Shown here in pieces: positions 24,796 to 38,882 of a stretch of 64,000 nucleotides of DNA (position 1 is the first letter of the stretch; each line of letters opens with the position of its first letter). This DNA comes from Octopus vulgaris (lineage: Eukaryota). The notes under the pieces were generated by a model. That model was given only the letters and a program-made list of their open reading frames with translations, was not told the DNA's origin and searched no databases. Made by a program: the position numbers and the translations under genes. Location of the stretch: positions 21,576,001-21,640,000 of the forward strand of contig OX597819.1 in NCBI GenBank assembly GCA_951406725.2. The letters are read 5' to 3'.

Positions 24796-26307
24796 TAATC
24801 TTTCGTTCAAAATGCATTTTCTGGTTTTCGTTCAGAAGACAGACTGCTTTTGTTCCTATACATGATTTCGGACGCGGGCGGAGTTTAATCTCATCTGGAG
24901 TTCGGCAAGACTGACTGGACATTCAAGCTGTTTTGGCGACAGTGCTTTTTGGCGAAGGAGACAAATATGCACGCACACGCACACACACACACACGAATGC
25001 AAGTACACGCACACCTATATATAGACACATACAGATAGAAAGAGTAGGATGGAGAGAGAAACATTACAATTTAGTGATTGAAGGCGACTGACATAAATAC
25101 TTACCCTCTCCTTTGACATATAGAGATATATGTTAATACAAACAGAGGGAGTGGGGAGAAAAATATGAAAATCTGCCATGTCAAATGAGTCAGCATCGAC
25201 TCAGCAATCCAAAATAGGTTGTGTTTAAAGGATCCGCTAAACGTAGCTTTCCCAACTTGACAAACTCTCCTTTAAAACTCTCTTCCCTTAAGAATTCTCT
25301 AATCTAATGTAAAGTCCTGCAAAAAAAAAAGATGTCACGCTTTTAATGATAGCATTGTTGATCCAGGGAATTGTTTTCTCAGTTATATGAACCGTGTCTG
25401 CGTTTTGTTCATGGCTTTGATAAGGTGTTTCATAAGTTTAAGCTTAAGAGGAAAAGGTAGAAGGAATACTTTCTAAAGGCCAACCTATGAATGGTGCAAG
25501 ATTTCCTGAAACCATTTCCAATGTGCAATGGTTTTCTGATCTCCACACATATTTCACTTATATTTCTGAGACTCATCCCTTTCTAAAAGTACCTTCTTTT
25601 AGAAAGAAGGTACTTTTAAAAAAAAGGTAGTTCTTGAAATCACATGATTCTTTCAAGTTTACAGCATGTGCAATAAGTACAGAAAAGAAATTTTTCCCGT
25701 TCTGAGGAAGGACTGCTTTCGAATTAACTTTTGGGGTTTCAGTGAACAATTGCCGACCGACAATTTTATATTAGGGGTCTGTGGTCACGATTACAAAGGC
25801 GCGTAAGACCGTTCTCTTTCAATTCGTCAAGGAGACGTCCGAAAACACAAACCTTCGTATTAGATTCCCCCCTTTTGTTTTACTTACTCGATCAATATCC
25901 AAAATAAGAATCAAAACATTATCTTCTCCATGACAGGACAAGGCACCTACATGAACAAAATACACTGTTGTAACATCGCCGAGAAACAATAATATTAGGT
26001 CTTAGCATGGTAGAATTTACTAGCACTCTGACTTAGAGCTGCTCCATACAAAAATGCTAAGCAGCAGATTGCGCAGGTCTCGGGTCTGAACAAGCATAAA
26101 GATGTTTCAATCTACACATACTCAGATATATGTGTTATGAGGTTGCGAACGAAATCTGACCTCCTTGAAAATCGCCAAACGTCTGTTTTCCACTTGATAT
26201 AGAGAAACATCAAGTAGGTACAAGCCTAATACAGTTTGTTGTCTTAAATTCCTAGAAAGAATTCCCTGGCTATCTTAATTCATTTTTCCTCACTATACTA
26301 ACAAACC

Positions 26308-26939
26308 TGGAGCAAACAAGAAAGCCTCAACAAGGACCCTGAACTATTAGAGTTCAGTTAAACACCCATGAAATCACACATTGCCTTCAATAAAGAGGAG
26401 TACACTCGTTGGTGTAGAAACTAATATACAAAATTGTAGAGATGGCCACGACTCCGACGACAGAGTGAGAACATCTCCTTGATCAGGGTTGACGAGAAAC
26501 TATTAAAGACCAGCAACTGGAAGACACTGTTTCAAATATTAAAACTGGAAACAGAATAACGCCAGGAGACTTTCAAATACGCAGTTTGTTATCCGAAATA
26601 TCAAAATCAATGTTTGGGCCTTTTGGAACAAACAAGAAAGCCTCAGCAAGGAACCTGAACAATTAGAGTTCAGTTAAGCACCCATGAAATCACACATTGC
26701 CTTCAATAAAGAGGAGTACACTCGTTGATGTAGAAACTAATATACAAAATTGTAGAGATGGCCACGACTCCGACGACAGAGTGAGAACATCTCCTTGATC
26801 AGGGCTGACGAGAAACTATTAAAGACCAGCAACTGGAAGACACTGTTTCAAATATTAAAACTGGAAACAGAATAACGCCAGGAGACTTTCAAATACGCAG
26901 TTTGTTATCCGAAATATCCAAATCAATGTTTGGGCCTTT
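26308..26939. repeat. 316-bp tandem duplication
   Basis: CAAACAAGAAAGCCTCA at 26313 and 26629; the units differ at only a handful of positions. Confidence 0.95.
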
Positions 26940-27372
26940 GCCCGAGAGAAAACCAACAGCAGGTTTCATTTGAATCAACATGACCTAAGTGCGTCATATC
27001 ATCTTTCTTTATTAGTTTTCTTTGTGTTATTTTTAACCGTTTGTGTAAATTCTATGATACTTTTAGCTGATTCTTCAGTATTTTCAATAGGATTTTGACT
27101 TCATGATTACTCGTCATGTCCTTTCATGCTGTTTCGCAAAATAGATGCGTTTTTTTTTCTTCCATTTTGTGTGTTTGTGATATATTTTTTTTTTTTTTTT
27201 ACATTGGAATTCTTTTGGTCCAAATTCATTCTTTCTACGTTTCTTTTTTTAACAGTGTGAGAATATTTCGCAATATGGTGCACGACCAATATGTATTTAT
27301 TTAGAACTGACATATTTATAATCCTTTCTTGTTCTTAAATAAAAGACTTCTTAGTCTACAAAGAACCAGAGG

Positions 27373-27405
<33 letters not shown>

Positions 27406-27508
27406 GGAGTGGAGAAAGGAGGGAGAGAAAGAAGGAGTTATATATATATAATATGCCGGCGTAATTATATATGTGCGTGTGTTTGTGTGTGTATGTGTAT
27501 GAATGAAG

Positions 27509-27556
<48 letters not shown>

Positions 27557-27662
27557 GTATGTATATATATATATATACATACATACATACAAGCATACAT
27601 ATATATATATTGTATGTGTTTGTGTACTTAAATACATGCGTAAGTATGCATATAAATACATG

Positions 27663-27723
<61 letters not shown>

Positions 27724-28408
27724 ATATATATATATGTATGTATATTTATGTATTTATATACATATCTATAAGTGTATGTATATATACATATATGTATATA
27801 TACACACGCACACATGCAAAGAAAAATAATAAAAGCGTAAAGAAAGAAAAGGAAGAGAGCAAATTCGTATCAAATAATGCTGCACGCCTTTCAATGATCG
27901 TTGCTGTTTGATCCAAAAAGTGAATTAAATGAAGGGCAAAAAAAATCTATTCACCAAGCAGTCCACCCACCCGCAGGGTGACAATTTTATAGCCGCTGCG
28001 ATCATGTTGATTTTTGTATATCTCCGGGGCTCAAACGTATTCTGTGATTGTCTTCTATCACTGCTGTTTCTTGTTTAAGACATCTAGAACCTTCTGTATA
28101 CCATTTCCTCCTGTCACGATGTGCTACACTCGACGAAAATTCACTTAAGAACGTCAAACAAGCGGAGCATTTTTCCTTGTGGTTTGTCTTCTTCTATTTT
28201 CTACGTTTTTTGATGATTATTTCTCCTTTTTTTTATATATATACGTTTATTAGGCTTTCTGTTCATTTTTTTCTTCCTCTCTTTTGCTAGAATAACGTAT
28301 ATTAAAATGAATGCAAATGCCTGCCAGGCAGAGTTGCTTTGCCAGAAAATGTTCTACTGATTTTTAACACCTTCCATTATCCACCTTCTAAATGGTTCCG
28401 ACCATTTT

Positions 28409-28422
<14 letters not shown>

Positions 28423-28473
<51 letters not shown>

Positions 28474-28475
28474 TG

Positions 28476-28522
<47 letters not shown>

Positions 28523-28770
28523 GTATATATATATACATATATATACACATATATGTATATATATGTATATATATATACATATATATATATGTATATATAT
28601 ATACATATATATATATGTATGTATATATACATATATATATATATGTATATATATATACATATATATACATATATATGTATATATATGTATATATATATAT
28701 ACATATATATATATGTATATATATATACATATATATATGTATGTATATATACATACATATATATATATTT
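28423..28770. repeat. (TA)n-based compound microsatellite
   Basis: Visible. Confidence 0.95.
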
Positions 28771-29314
28771 ATATTTTTTCCCTTTCTTTGATACTTATTT
28801 TTATATTTTACATCTCTTTGCCAAATATCTTCATTCACATTTCTCTCCTCTTCCTCCTCCACCTCCTTCCTATCCTTATTACAGTTTCATCCCCTCGTTC
28901 TCTTCCTTTCTCTTTATTTACCAGTTTATTTATTATCACCCTTCTCTCTCTCTCTCTCAATCTCTCTCTCTCACTCTAATTCTTTCATATTCATTTCGAC
29001 CTAATCATTCTCTCACACTGTCTCCTTTCCACATGAACGCAGCCATAAACGCATACATAAAAATATCCACATACACACACTCACACATGCATCGAGCAGG
29101 CACTTATGTCACTCCTTTTAATATTATCATCTCACTATAAAATACCACGACTCTCTCTCACTCCCCTCTCTTTCACTCTCTATTCCTCTCTCTCTCTCTC
29201 CCCTCTCTTTCTCTCTCTCTCTCACCTAGACAGTCTACAATCTCACTTTGTCATTATTATCCTTCCATACGTTTTCCATTATCACTTTTCTCTCTCTTAC
29301 ATCTATTTCCCCTT

Positions 29315-29847
29315 TATATATATATATATATATATACGCACACAAATACGCATATATATACATACATATATACATACATACACACATACATATATACACA
29401 TACATATATACACATACATATATACACACATACACATATACATACATACATATGTACATACGTACACACATACATATGTACATACGTACACACATACATA
29501 CGTACATACACACATACATATATACATACATACACACATACATACATATATACATACATACACACATACATACATATATACATACACATATACATACATA
29601 TATACATACATACACACATATATACATACTCACATATATACATACATACATACATACACACACACATACATACACACATACATATATACATACACACATA
29701 CATATATACATACACACACATATACATATATATACATACACACATACATACACACATACATATATACATACATACATACACACATACATATATACATACA
29801 CACATACATATATACATACATACACACATACATATATACATACATAC

Positions 29848-29882
<35 letters not shown>

Positions 29883-29886
29883 TACA

Positions 29887-29970
<84 letters not shown>
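29315..29970. repeat. (CATA/CA/TA)n compound microsatellite
   Basis: Visible; source of the long spurious ORFs. Confidence 0.95.
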
Positions 29971-29975
<5 letters not shown>

Positions 29976-30232
29976 CATTATTTCCTTGTATTCATCTTCT
30001 CTTTTACTAGCCTATATCGCGTTTCTCTTCGCCATCTTTCATACTGCAACATGTATCACTCATTCGTTTGAATCAAAATTATCCATATGTAATGGCTCCG
30101 GAGGCAAGTTCTGTTTATCTTCTATCTCAACCGCACATCATAAGCAAGGTTTCTATATGGAAATTGAAAGGGTTATATACACCGTGAGCAATGATGTGCA
30201 TGTGTATGTACAACTATCTAAGTATATATATG

Positions 30233-30273
<41 letters not shown>

Positions 30274-30479
30274 GTGGTCGACTCAAAAGGTTTTCACGGG
30301 TTCTCTCACGGATGATTTTTGACACCTGGTATCTCCATGATCGTACATGAACTTGTACAAAATTATTTGCCAAATGTTTATATGCTAAAATGTTTATTCT
30401 TTACATCCATATATATCTTCAAAATATCCGTTTACAGCGTCGAATTCTAACTGGGAATATAGATCTAGTTTTCGTAAAC

Positions 30480-30745
30480 CTAATAAGACAAACCAGTTTC
30501 TTCGATCTGGTAAAGCTTCCAAAGGTGCTGACACACAAGGATGGTATTTCGTGGAATTTTGAGGCGATTCTGCACCTCGAGCATATTCCATATGATCAGG
30601 CTGTGAATGCTGAGATTGAGGCTGAACAAGTGCAGTGAATATATTCCTCGAATGCCTGATGCCCAGCATTGGTCAATGTAAAACATACATACATATATAT
30701 ATCCATCCATATATGAGAAATGCCGTGCCAGATGTCATACGGTGA
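30480..30745 (+). mobile_element. Mariner transposase remnant
   Basis: ISWNFEAILHLEHIPYDQAVNAEIEAEQVQ*IY...PALVN resembles the mariner segment WWxxxGxxHxExxPxGxxVNAxxYxxQL...PALVN that precedes HDNARPH. Confidence 0.65.
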
Positions 30746-31019
30746 ATGATGTTTAGTTCGAAACTTAGAAGCCACCATCACAAAATTTCACATTGCAAAA
30801 CTTAATTAAAACATTTGCAGAAGCCATATCATCAAATAATTTGGGCAACATATTTTAATCAACGAATGTCGTAGCGCATCCATATATGAAGTCGATGGCA
30901 TAGAAACAGTAAAATATAGCATAGATAATGTCCAGTAGCAAATAAAAAAATAAAAAATCTAATATTCGATGTACGAATTGTAATATCTGCATTGATTTTT
31001 TAAGTGCTGCATGAAACGG

Positions 31020-31160
31020 TAGAATGGTGGCTGGTAAAGTAGGGTTTGGTGTGTTGCACTCACGATCGGAAGATCGTGGTTTAGATACCGGGACTGGAGA
31101 GTGGTTTATATTCTTGAGCAAAAGAGTTTCTTGCACTTCATGTTGCTCTAATTCACGGAA
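31020..31160 (+). mobile_element. Degenerate tRNA-derived SINE head
   Basis: GCACTCACGATCGGAAGATCGTGGTTTAGATACC...TTCTTGAGCAA, similar to the copies at 16720 and 38745. Confidence 0.45.
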
Positions 31161-32023
31161 GTGTAAATGAGATACATTTACAAATACAGGTATATCAAAT
31201 ATCACACAACATAAAGTCTTGATTTATTAAACGTATATCTTGAAAATGTATCGTAATTACCAAATGTATCGTAATTACCAAATGCCAATTAAGACCAGAT
31301 TTTAAAATAAAAACACAATAATTCCTATTAATATTCTTATAATTTATAAACCCTCAATCTCTATACGTAATCATTACCACTCGTGTTACTTCTCTTAGCT
31401 ACTTTTCTTAATTATGCTGTGGTTGGTAAGGGTGTTGTAGCCCTGGTCATTTATGCACCATGGAAACCGGGTAAGCAGCCCTACAGCACATTTGAAACGG
31501 TAGGGCCACCTTCTCAGAGAACCTGTGTACAGATAATGTTTCTAATATTCATAACGCTGCAATATATTTACCTTGTTTTTTCTTTCATATCTATAAGTTC
31601 CATTGATATGAATTACTATATCGTAAAATATGATGTAGATTACGAGCTACGAGGTCGCATGAACTCTATCAAGCAATTAGATTGATAGCGTGCAATCTCG
31701 GATTCCGAAATGTACCTTTTACGATATGACATTGTCGTTATTTTCATTAGGCAGCCATTTGCTATTCATCTTAAACATAAAAGTTTAATTCATGTTCACA
31801 CACACACACACACACATGCGTATACTTATATATTTGTATATGTGTGTCTCGCTGTGAATTTATAAACCGTCACCGAAGCATGTATATTTGAATATGAATA
31901 CACTTCTGTATGGAGGCATTTGTTTATTGCATATACTTATGAAGTGCACAAATATACACTCATTATAAAGATTGATACATAAATGCACACATGAATATTA
32001 CATATGTGTATGTCTGTAATCTT

Positions 32024-32118
<95 letters not shown>

Positions 32119-32833
32119 GATGGTTGCGTCTGTATGCAAACTGCAGAACATAGTTTGCAATGCTGGAATTTAATGGCATCAATGCACGAAGTATATTATC
32201 AAGTAAAGACTAAAATATCAGAAAGAAACAATTTAATGCCGCCCTAAATGTCAAAGTAGCGAAAATTCTAAATATCTTCAATCTACGAATTCAGTTTATA
32301 GACATATAAATCCACAAGACATAAATTATTAGTACCAACCCAATCTGTTGAATGGCTGCACACTATCAGTGATTAAATCTATCGTTGATATGAATTAGGC
32401 TTATATTTCAAAGAAAAAATTCCGTATAACAGGTCTTGTATTTTAGCGTCCCGTTAAAATTACTTCTGAAGAATGCACTGGATGCATTATTCAATATCTT
32501 AACAAGACACTATCATATTTATTGGTTACACACACACACAAACATATATATTCAAATATCAATGCCTATGTAGGAACATATATACATCGTACCTAAAGTC
32601 CATTTTGATCTCTGTTAATATATATATACACATCACTCCCTCGCCATATGGCGCTTCACCTATCGTGGTTTATTATTTAAGCTTCCGTCGATTCCTCCGT
32701 GGTTCTGTTTTGCATTTATAATAAAATATATGCAAATTATAAAAATAACTTGAAAAAAATACAGTGCAGTACATTTTCTACTTCAAGGATTTTCACATAT
32801 CGCAAGGCGTTGTGCAACGTAACCGCCGCGATA

Positions 32834-32899
<66 letters not shown>

Positions 32900-33364
32900 G
32901 AAATTTTCAGATAAACAAAAGACGAAGACATGTGTTTTAGTTTGTCGCTCAGGAAGGTGAGAAAATCTATACGTTTTGAGCCTACGCTCATCAACAGAAA
33001 GGAACACATACATACATATAATAATAATGATGATGATGATAATAATAATAATAATAAAACCGTAAAAGATTTTATCAGAGGACAGCATATAATATAGACC
33101 TATTAAAGTGAATTCTTATAGAGAGATTTATAATAGTATAAAACACAATTGTAAGTAAGAGCATAGAGGTGACCATGCTTCGGTTGAAAATAGACGCTAA
33201 ATCATGGGTATGATTAAATATCTCATTTATATCGTGGGTATATTTCACTTACTTCAATATGGAAAATATATTGGACTAATCCAGAAATTGTTCAATCCAA
33301 TGTTATATATTTTATGAATCTCTGTCAGCCTCCTCTCTCGGTTTCAACACGTTGTGAACTATAG

Positions 33365-34990
33365 AAGTGACAATTTGCACTTTGTCGGCATCCTGGTAAA
33401 ATGCTTTTGGAAAGAGGCATCATCACTCATGTCAGAGGCAGTGAGCTGGCAGAATCGTTAGCACGCCGGGCGAAATGCTTAGTGGTATTTCGTCTGCCGT
33501 TACGTTCTGGGTTCATATTCCGCCAAGGTCGACTTTGCCTTTCATCCTTTCGGGGTCGATTAAATAAGTACCAGTTAAGCACTGGGGTCGATATAATTGA
33601 CTTAATCCGTTTGTCCGTCCTTGTTTATCCTCTCTGTGTTTAGCTCCTTGTGGGTAGTAAAGAAATAGGTATCATCACTCATGTCGATACCCATGTCCCT
33701 CATTGATTTAGGCTCTGTGATGGAAATTCCCTGTGGACCAGTGTACCCTGTAAATTTCATATTCAATTTTGGACGCTGGTAGCCCAGGATTTGGAATTTT
33801 TCAGCATTAAACTACATATTATTATCCTTAGCCCAAGTGTAAATTGAGTCCACTCCTGCTGCAACATCACTGGGGTTCTGCATTTTCTGTGAGACTTTCG
33901 TATCGTCTGCGTAGCTTGCAATGGTCGCTATCCAGCCACTTAAGTGCATATCTGAGAGAATCTGGAGGGGTTTTGCCAGGGCACGCTTACACGACTTGAT
34001 GAGGATTGTTGGGAAACCATCTGGACCAGCAGTTGAGTTTGTGTCCACTTCCACTATGGCTAGTAGTATATCTTCTTCGCTAATGTCAATGTATTCCATC
34101 GTAATTGCCTCGCTGGTTATAGGTGAGGCGGCAAAGAAGTCCACTCGTTCGTTCACTTGTTTGTGTTCCAAAGGAGTGGTAAACACACTTTTGAACTGGT
34201 CATTCAGTACCTCACTGATCCAAGTTGGACTGTCTGTGAGGGAGCCATCCTTTTGGAAGAGGGGTCCTATCTTGCAGCGTATTGTTTCTTTCGCGTAACG
34301 AAAGAAGGACTTTGGGTTTGACAATGTTTTTTATAACCCAGGCTTCTTTGTCTGCCTTCTCCCTCACATAGGATTGTTGCAGCCTTTTTTCGATCTCCAT
34401 AAGTATCGTTTTTATGCGGGACGTTTCGCTACTTTTAGGATGTTGGTTGAGTCGATTTGCAGCCTTCGTCCGTCGGTCTCATGTGGATCACATCTCCCTT
34501 GGAATCTTGCTCCTATTTGTTTTGGCCTTGTGCTCTGGGACATATTCCAGGCATATGGTTTGCACAGAAGACATAAAACATTCTAGTTTCATGTCAATGT
34601 CTGGTGTGGAGAGACATTTCGGCCAGTCCTCTCTGAGGATCTCTTTTTGGATCGATTTCCAATCTGCTTTGTGAAAGTTCAGATTGGAGAGATTTCGGGT
34701 GCTTCCTTTAGGCTCTATGTCTTTGGTTACTTTCGATCCAAACATAGACAGCTCTATTATGTTGTGATTCGAAACTAATGTCGGCGTCACATTCACTTCA
34801 TGAATGATGTCCATATTTTTCGTGAAGCAGAGATCCAGAATGTTATTTGCCCTAGTTGATCTAAGTACAGCTTGCTTCATGAATAGGGCATTGGTGAGGT
34901 TTCGGCAGGGACTCCACCTGTGCTTGCTTGCAATGAGTCATTCCTGAGAGTATGTGACCTTCGGGACATTTGACGCTTGGGAAGTTGTTC
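33365..34990 (-). mobile_element. Decayed CR1/Jockey-group LINE ORF2 (APE C-terminus, tether and RT) with internal deletion, interrupted by a SINE
   Basis: TRANNILDLCFT...SNHNIIE...NFHKADW; NPKSFFRYAK; AGPDGFP; IASYADDTK...WAKDNNM*FNAEKFQ...RDMGIDMSDDASF. Confidence 0.9.
33434..33666 (+). mobile_element. SINE family B (Nin-domain-like), full length, 19-bp TSD
   Basis: GAGCTGGCAGAATCG head, GCCTTTCATCCTTTCGGGGTCGAT..AAGTACCAG central domain, ends AAAGAAAT. TSD AGGYATCATCACTCATGTC at 33415-33433 and 33667-33685. Confidence 0.9.
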
Positions 34991-35092
34991 ATATAATATA
35001 TCATTATTACATTACGTCATTTGACCAAACAACATGATATACTCTCTCTCTCTTCCTGTCTTTCCCTCTCGCGCTTTTACCCTCTCCTTCTC

Positions 35093-35141
<49 letters not shown>

Positions 35142-35144
35142 TAT

Positions 35145-35222
35145 ACAATGCTAAAGAGCATTGTGGCCAACAATGTGTAACATCTGATAGTCTGGTCAGT
35201 CACATTGTCACGTGATCGCATG

Positions 35223-35224
<2 letters not shown>
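35145..35224 (+). mobile_element. 3' tail fragment of SINE family C
   Basis: GCATTGTGGCCAACAATGTGTAACATCTGATAGTCTGGTCAGTCA...CACGTGAT matches 10230-10293. Confidence 0.7.
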
Positions 35225-35280
<56 letters not shown>

Positions 35281-35281
<1 letters not shown>

Positions 35282-35600
35282 AAGGCTGGACGCTTTCCAT
35301 ATGCGATGCTTGAGTATGATCTCCAACATAAATCCGAGTGGCCATATTCATTACAATCATGTATTAACACAATGCAACATATCAGGTATTGAAGCGATGC
35401 TATTCAAGATACAGCTTAGATTGTCAAGCCAAGTCTCATGTATGAGTGATATCAGAATTCCGAAGCAACTTCTCTTTGGCCAATTATCAACAGGAAAGTC
35501 ATTTGAAAGGCCAGTCTTGCGATTGAAAGACACACCCAAAGACATTCTGAAGCGATGCAAAACTTCCGTATCTTCCTTGAAAAACAAAGCAACAGAACTC
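35281..35600 (+). mobile_element. RTE/BovB-like LINE ORF C-terminal fragment
   Basis: RLDAFHMRCL...GIEAMLFKIQLRLSSQVSCMSDIRIPKQLLFGQL..G...RPVLRLKD. Confidence 0.8.
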
Positions 35601-36154
35601 AAGACAATCTTAATTTATTTTTAATTTCTCAAGCCGATCACAGGCAGAAATGGTGTTCCTCTCCATTTTTTCATCCAAAATGGAGACGAACACCATTTCT
35701 CCATGTGATCAACCTGGAAACTTGTTAAGTTTGGAAACTTGTTAAGTTATTAAGATATTTCCCCTACCATGAAAGTAATGGTAGCTTTAATACACAAATA
35801 AAGAAATCCTATCCACCAATGCGATGTTGAGAACTTATTTTCTTTGTTCGACATTTACGTATATAAACACACACCCACGAGCATTCACACATATATAACC
35901 ATCAACAGAACTGGGTTTTAGGGAGAAGTGGTTCGCTAGGGTCATTCACTGAAAGTGAGAGGTCGTGGCACATTTTACTGAAAAGAATGGGAACGTAATT
36001 CTCTTCCATTACACTACGCCTTCTTTTTCTTTTTATTGTTTATGACTGCCTTGCGTACACGTTGCATCTACTGAAATCTATCAGAGAGCCTGTAGCAAAA
36101 ATTCTTCTTCAACATAATACAAATTTGTATGAAGTATTCCGAAGTGAAACGCTG

Positions 36155-36465
36155 ATCTTTTGTTTCACTCATTGGACAGCGGCCATGCTGGGGTTCCGGT
36201 CTTAGCCGAAACAAATCAATCGCAGTATCCCATCGTATCTTTTCCCGAACCACTACGTTACGTGGAATTAATTCAATGCTGGTTGTTAAGTGTTGGTGTT
36301 GGGGATGCACACACACACATGCAAATACACGTACACATACACACAAGCACAAACACACGCACACATACACACAAGCCCACATGTACACACACACATATAT
36401 GACTATCTATATATCCTGAAACCCTGTGGTTGCAAACCGACCATGTAAACCACACAGCCATATCT
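36155..36465 (-). mobile_element. Degenerate SINE family A copy
   Basis: TGTTTCACTCATTGGACAGCGGCCATGCTGG tail and AACCACACAGCCA head. Confidence 0.6.
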
Positions 36466-37293
36466 GCTTGCGAGTGGAACTCGCGAACTACACAATCAAG
36501 TCCAGCGATCAGGAATTCTGATCATAAGTTGTTAAAAGTGTGCCATTCAAATTTATAAACTGATCGATATGCATAACGAAAGTGCACTGGGCTTTGATTT
36601 AATAGTCAATAGTGTTTCTTCAGAAATCTCGAACCTCGCGCCATTGTAAAATGTCATTATTTAAACAATTCAAACAAACCAACAAACGCCGTTATATTTG
36701 TAAAACACAAAGAAAAAAAAACCACTAAAAGTGCCGAAAATATGGACAGTTACCAAATGTATATCTCCCTTAAGGACTCTCTTGTTTTGTTGCGTATTTT
36801 TCTTCATTGCTTTATCTTTTGCTGCTGAAGTTTTGCAAAGTAGAAACCCATCGGAAGTAGCCAAAATGTTTAGTAATTTCCAAGGCCAGCAAGTATTGCA
36901 ACTGCTGTAACGAAGACAACGATCAGAGAATAGGAAATAGCATTAACACCTGAGGCTATTTTGATGTTATCTCAATTACTCTCTGCTAACAAATAACCGA
37001 CACAACTGCCAAATATCAGTGAAGTTTATTTAATTTGTTCTTTCCGACTCAATCTTGCTACGTTTATCCGATGTAGTTGTTCACTTCGTGTTAAAATGCA
37101 GTCCATGAGTTATTATGCTTATATACAGAAAGAAGAATGGGAGAAGAAAAAATTCATGGCGATTTATATTCTTTATTCATTATTCAGAAACCCACTATTT
37201 GGATGCAGAGAAGGGACTCCATCATGTATATAAGCATATATGGGTTCATATGTCTTTGTGCGTATGTGGGTGGGTGGGTGTGTTTCTGTCTAC

Positions 37294-37370
<77 letters not shown>

Positions 37371-38744
37371 ATAAGACTAGATCGTATACGAGTGGGTATA
37401 TATTTGTAAAAAAGAAGTTTGAAAACGCCACTATATTAGATAAATTTTAATTTTCTTATGAATTTTACATGTTTCGGTTCTTGAAAAAACGAACCTTATC
37501 GAAAATATTATAGAAAGAAAAGTGCAATAGAAAAGTTCATAATTGTTTCTTACTGGTCTCAATAGAATCCATGTGGTGGTGTTTTGTCGGTAGTTGGTAT
37601 AATCGCTACATTCCTGTTGAGTGTAGTAAAGAAGTTCATTATTGTTTCTTGTTGGTATCAAAAGGAACCGTGTGCTTGTTTTTTTGTTTCCTTGTGGAAG
37701 GAAACAAAAGACAAGGAAACAAAAAAGGTACAGTAATGCCCCAGCTTCAGCGCTCGTTCCACACAAGAGGAGAGGTTTTCAATAAAGTCATAGCTTGCTA
37801 CGTTCAACTCGGTTTTCCTGCTTATCGTCACTCATGTTCATTTATGTTGGATAATGACCGAAAGTATGACCGCGAACAGAAACGGCCGAAATAGGGTTCC
37901 TCCGAAAGATCTCTGGATTAAAGTTACTTGATAGGTTGTATAACTCAGGGATCCGGTCGAGATGCCATTATTCCGCACCGGGAAATCACAACTCCGCTAC
38001 AATGGACATATCATTAGAAAGAAAAAAATCACAAGACGTATTTGCAGGAAAAGAACACAAGGCGTGTTCTTGAAGCCGAGCAGTTGCTTCCTTGAAATTC
38101 TTATGTCGGAGGTAAATGAAGAACACTCTCGTACGAAATTCTGAGGAATCGTAAGGAGAGAAAAAGGACAAGAAATGACTGGATTAATGTTTAATAGGCC
38201 TTTGGCTCAGAAACTGCAACATGTCTACAGAAATTTAACATTCTAAAAGAAACAAAAATTTGTCTCCATCTTGACTGGTAACTAGTTCAGTTATGCCTTA
38301 AAAGCCACGCAACTTATCGTTGTTTGTGTTCTACAGCTCTAAACTTAGGCTGGGTAAATTTATAATTTCCTTGAGGAAATCTAAATAGCAATAATGTGCG
38401 GAGTTGTCTACGTTCTTTGCTCGGCTAAAGATTAGAGTTAGCTAACTTTATTTTCCATACTCACAGTATACAGTCCCACATTATTTAGCTATGCCCTTTG
38501 AACATATTGATTATATTTTAACCGATCGCTTTAAAATTATTAAATTTTATGACTCAAATGCAACGTAAAAAAAATTACTGTAGGTTCCCGATATAGTAAT
38601 TACTGCCACGATTCCTAGAAATCCTAAGGCAAGAGGCAGTGACCCAGACCCATAGTGACACTTGTTTGGTTTCCATTGTGTGTAAATGACGGAGACCACA
38701 ACATTCCTTTCAGACAGTCTTGCAGTCCGTCTCACGGTTACTTG

Positions 38745-38882
38745 TAACAGCTAAGTGAGCTGAAGCAACGTGAAAGGAAGTGATTTGCTCAAAAACAAAA
38801 TGCACAGCCTAGTCCGGGAATCGAAACGAACATCTTGCAAATTGGAGTGCACAACCTTGACCACTAGGCTATGAACCTCCAC
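38745..38882 (-). mobile_element. Degenerate tRNA-derived SINE head
   Basis: Reverse complement GTGGAGG..TAGCCTAGTGGTCAAGG...GTTTCGATTCCCGG. Confidence 0.55.

Noticed and set aside
24795-24925. Candidate exon [23 protein letters not shown] on the minus strand
   Set aside because: It runs into (TA)n without a donor site and has no recognisable homology.
25915-26050. Faint mariner-like LHD..R and Y..DL motifs
   Set aside because: Too degenerate to support without a search.
29106-30315. Long ORFs (321 and 355 aa) and the many YI/CV/HT/LSIY-rich ORFs throughout the window
   Set aside because: They are translations of stop-free microsatellites, not genes.
32466-32492. CTGAAGA followed by ATGCA/TGCAT hairpin
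   Set aside because: No GAAA or stem III follows, so it is not counted as a hammerhead.
37880-38300. Possible RTE C-terminal remnant (QLRYNGHIIR)
   Set aside because: A single short motif only.
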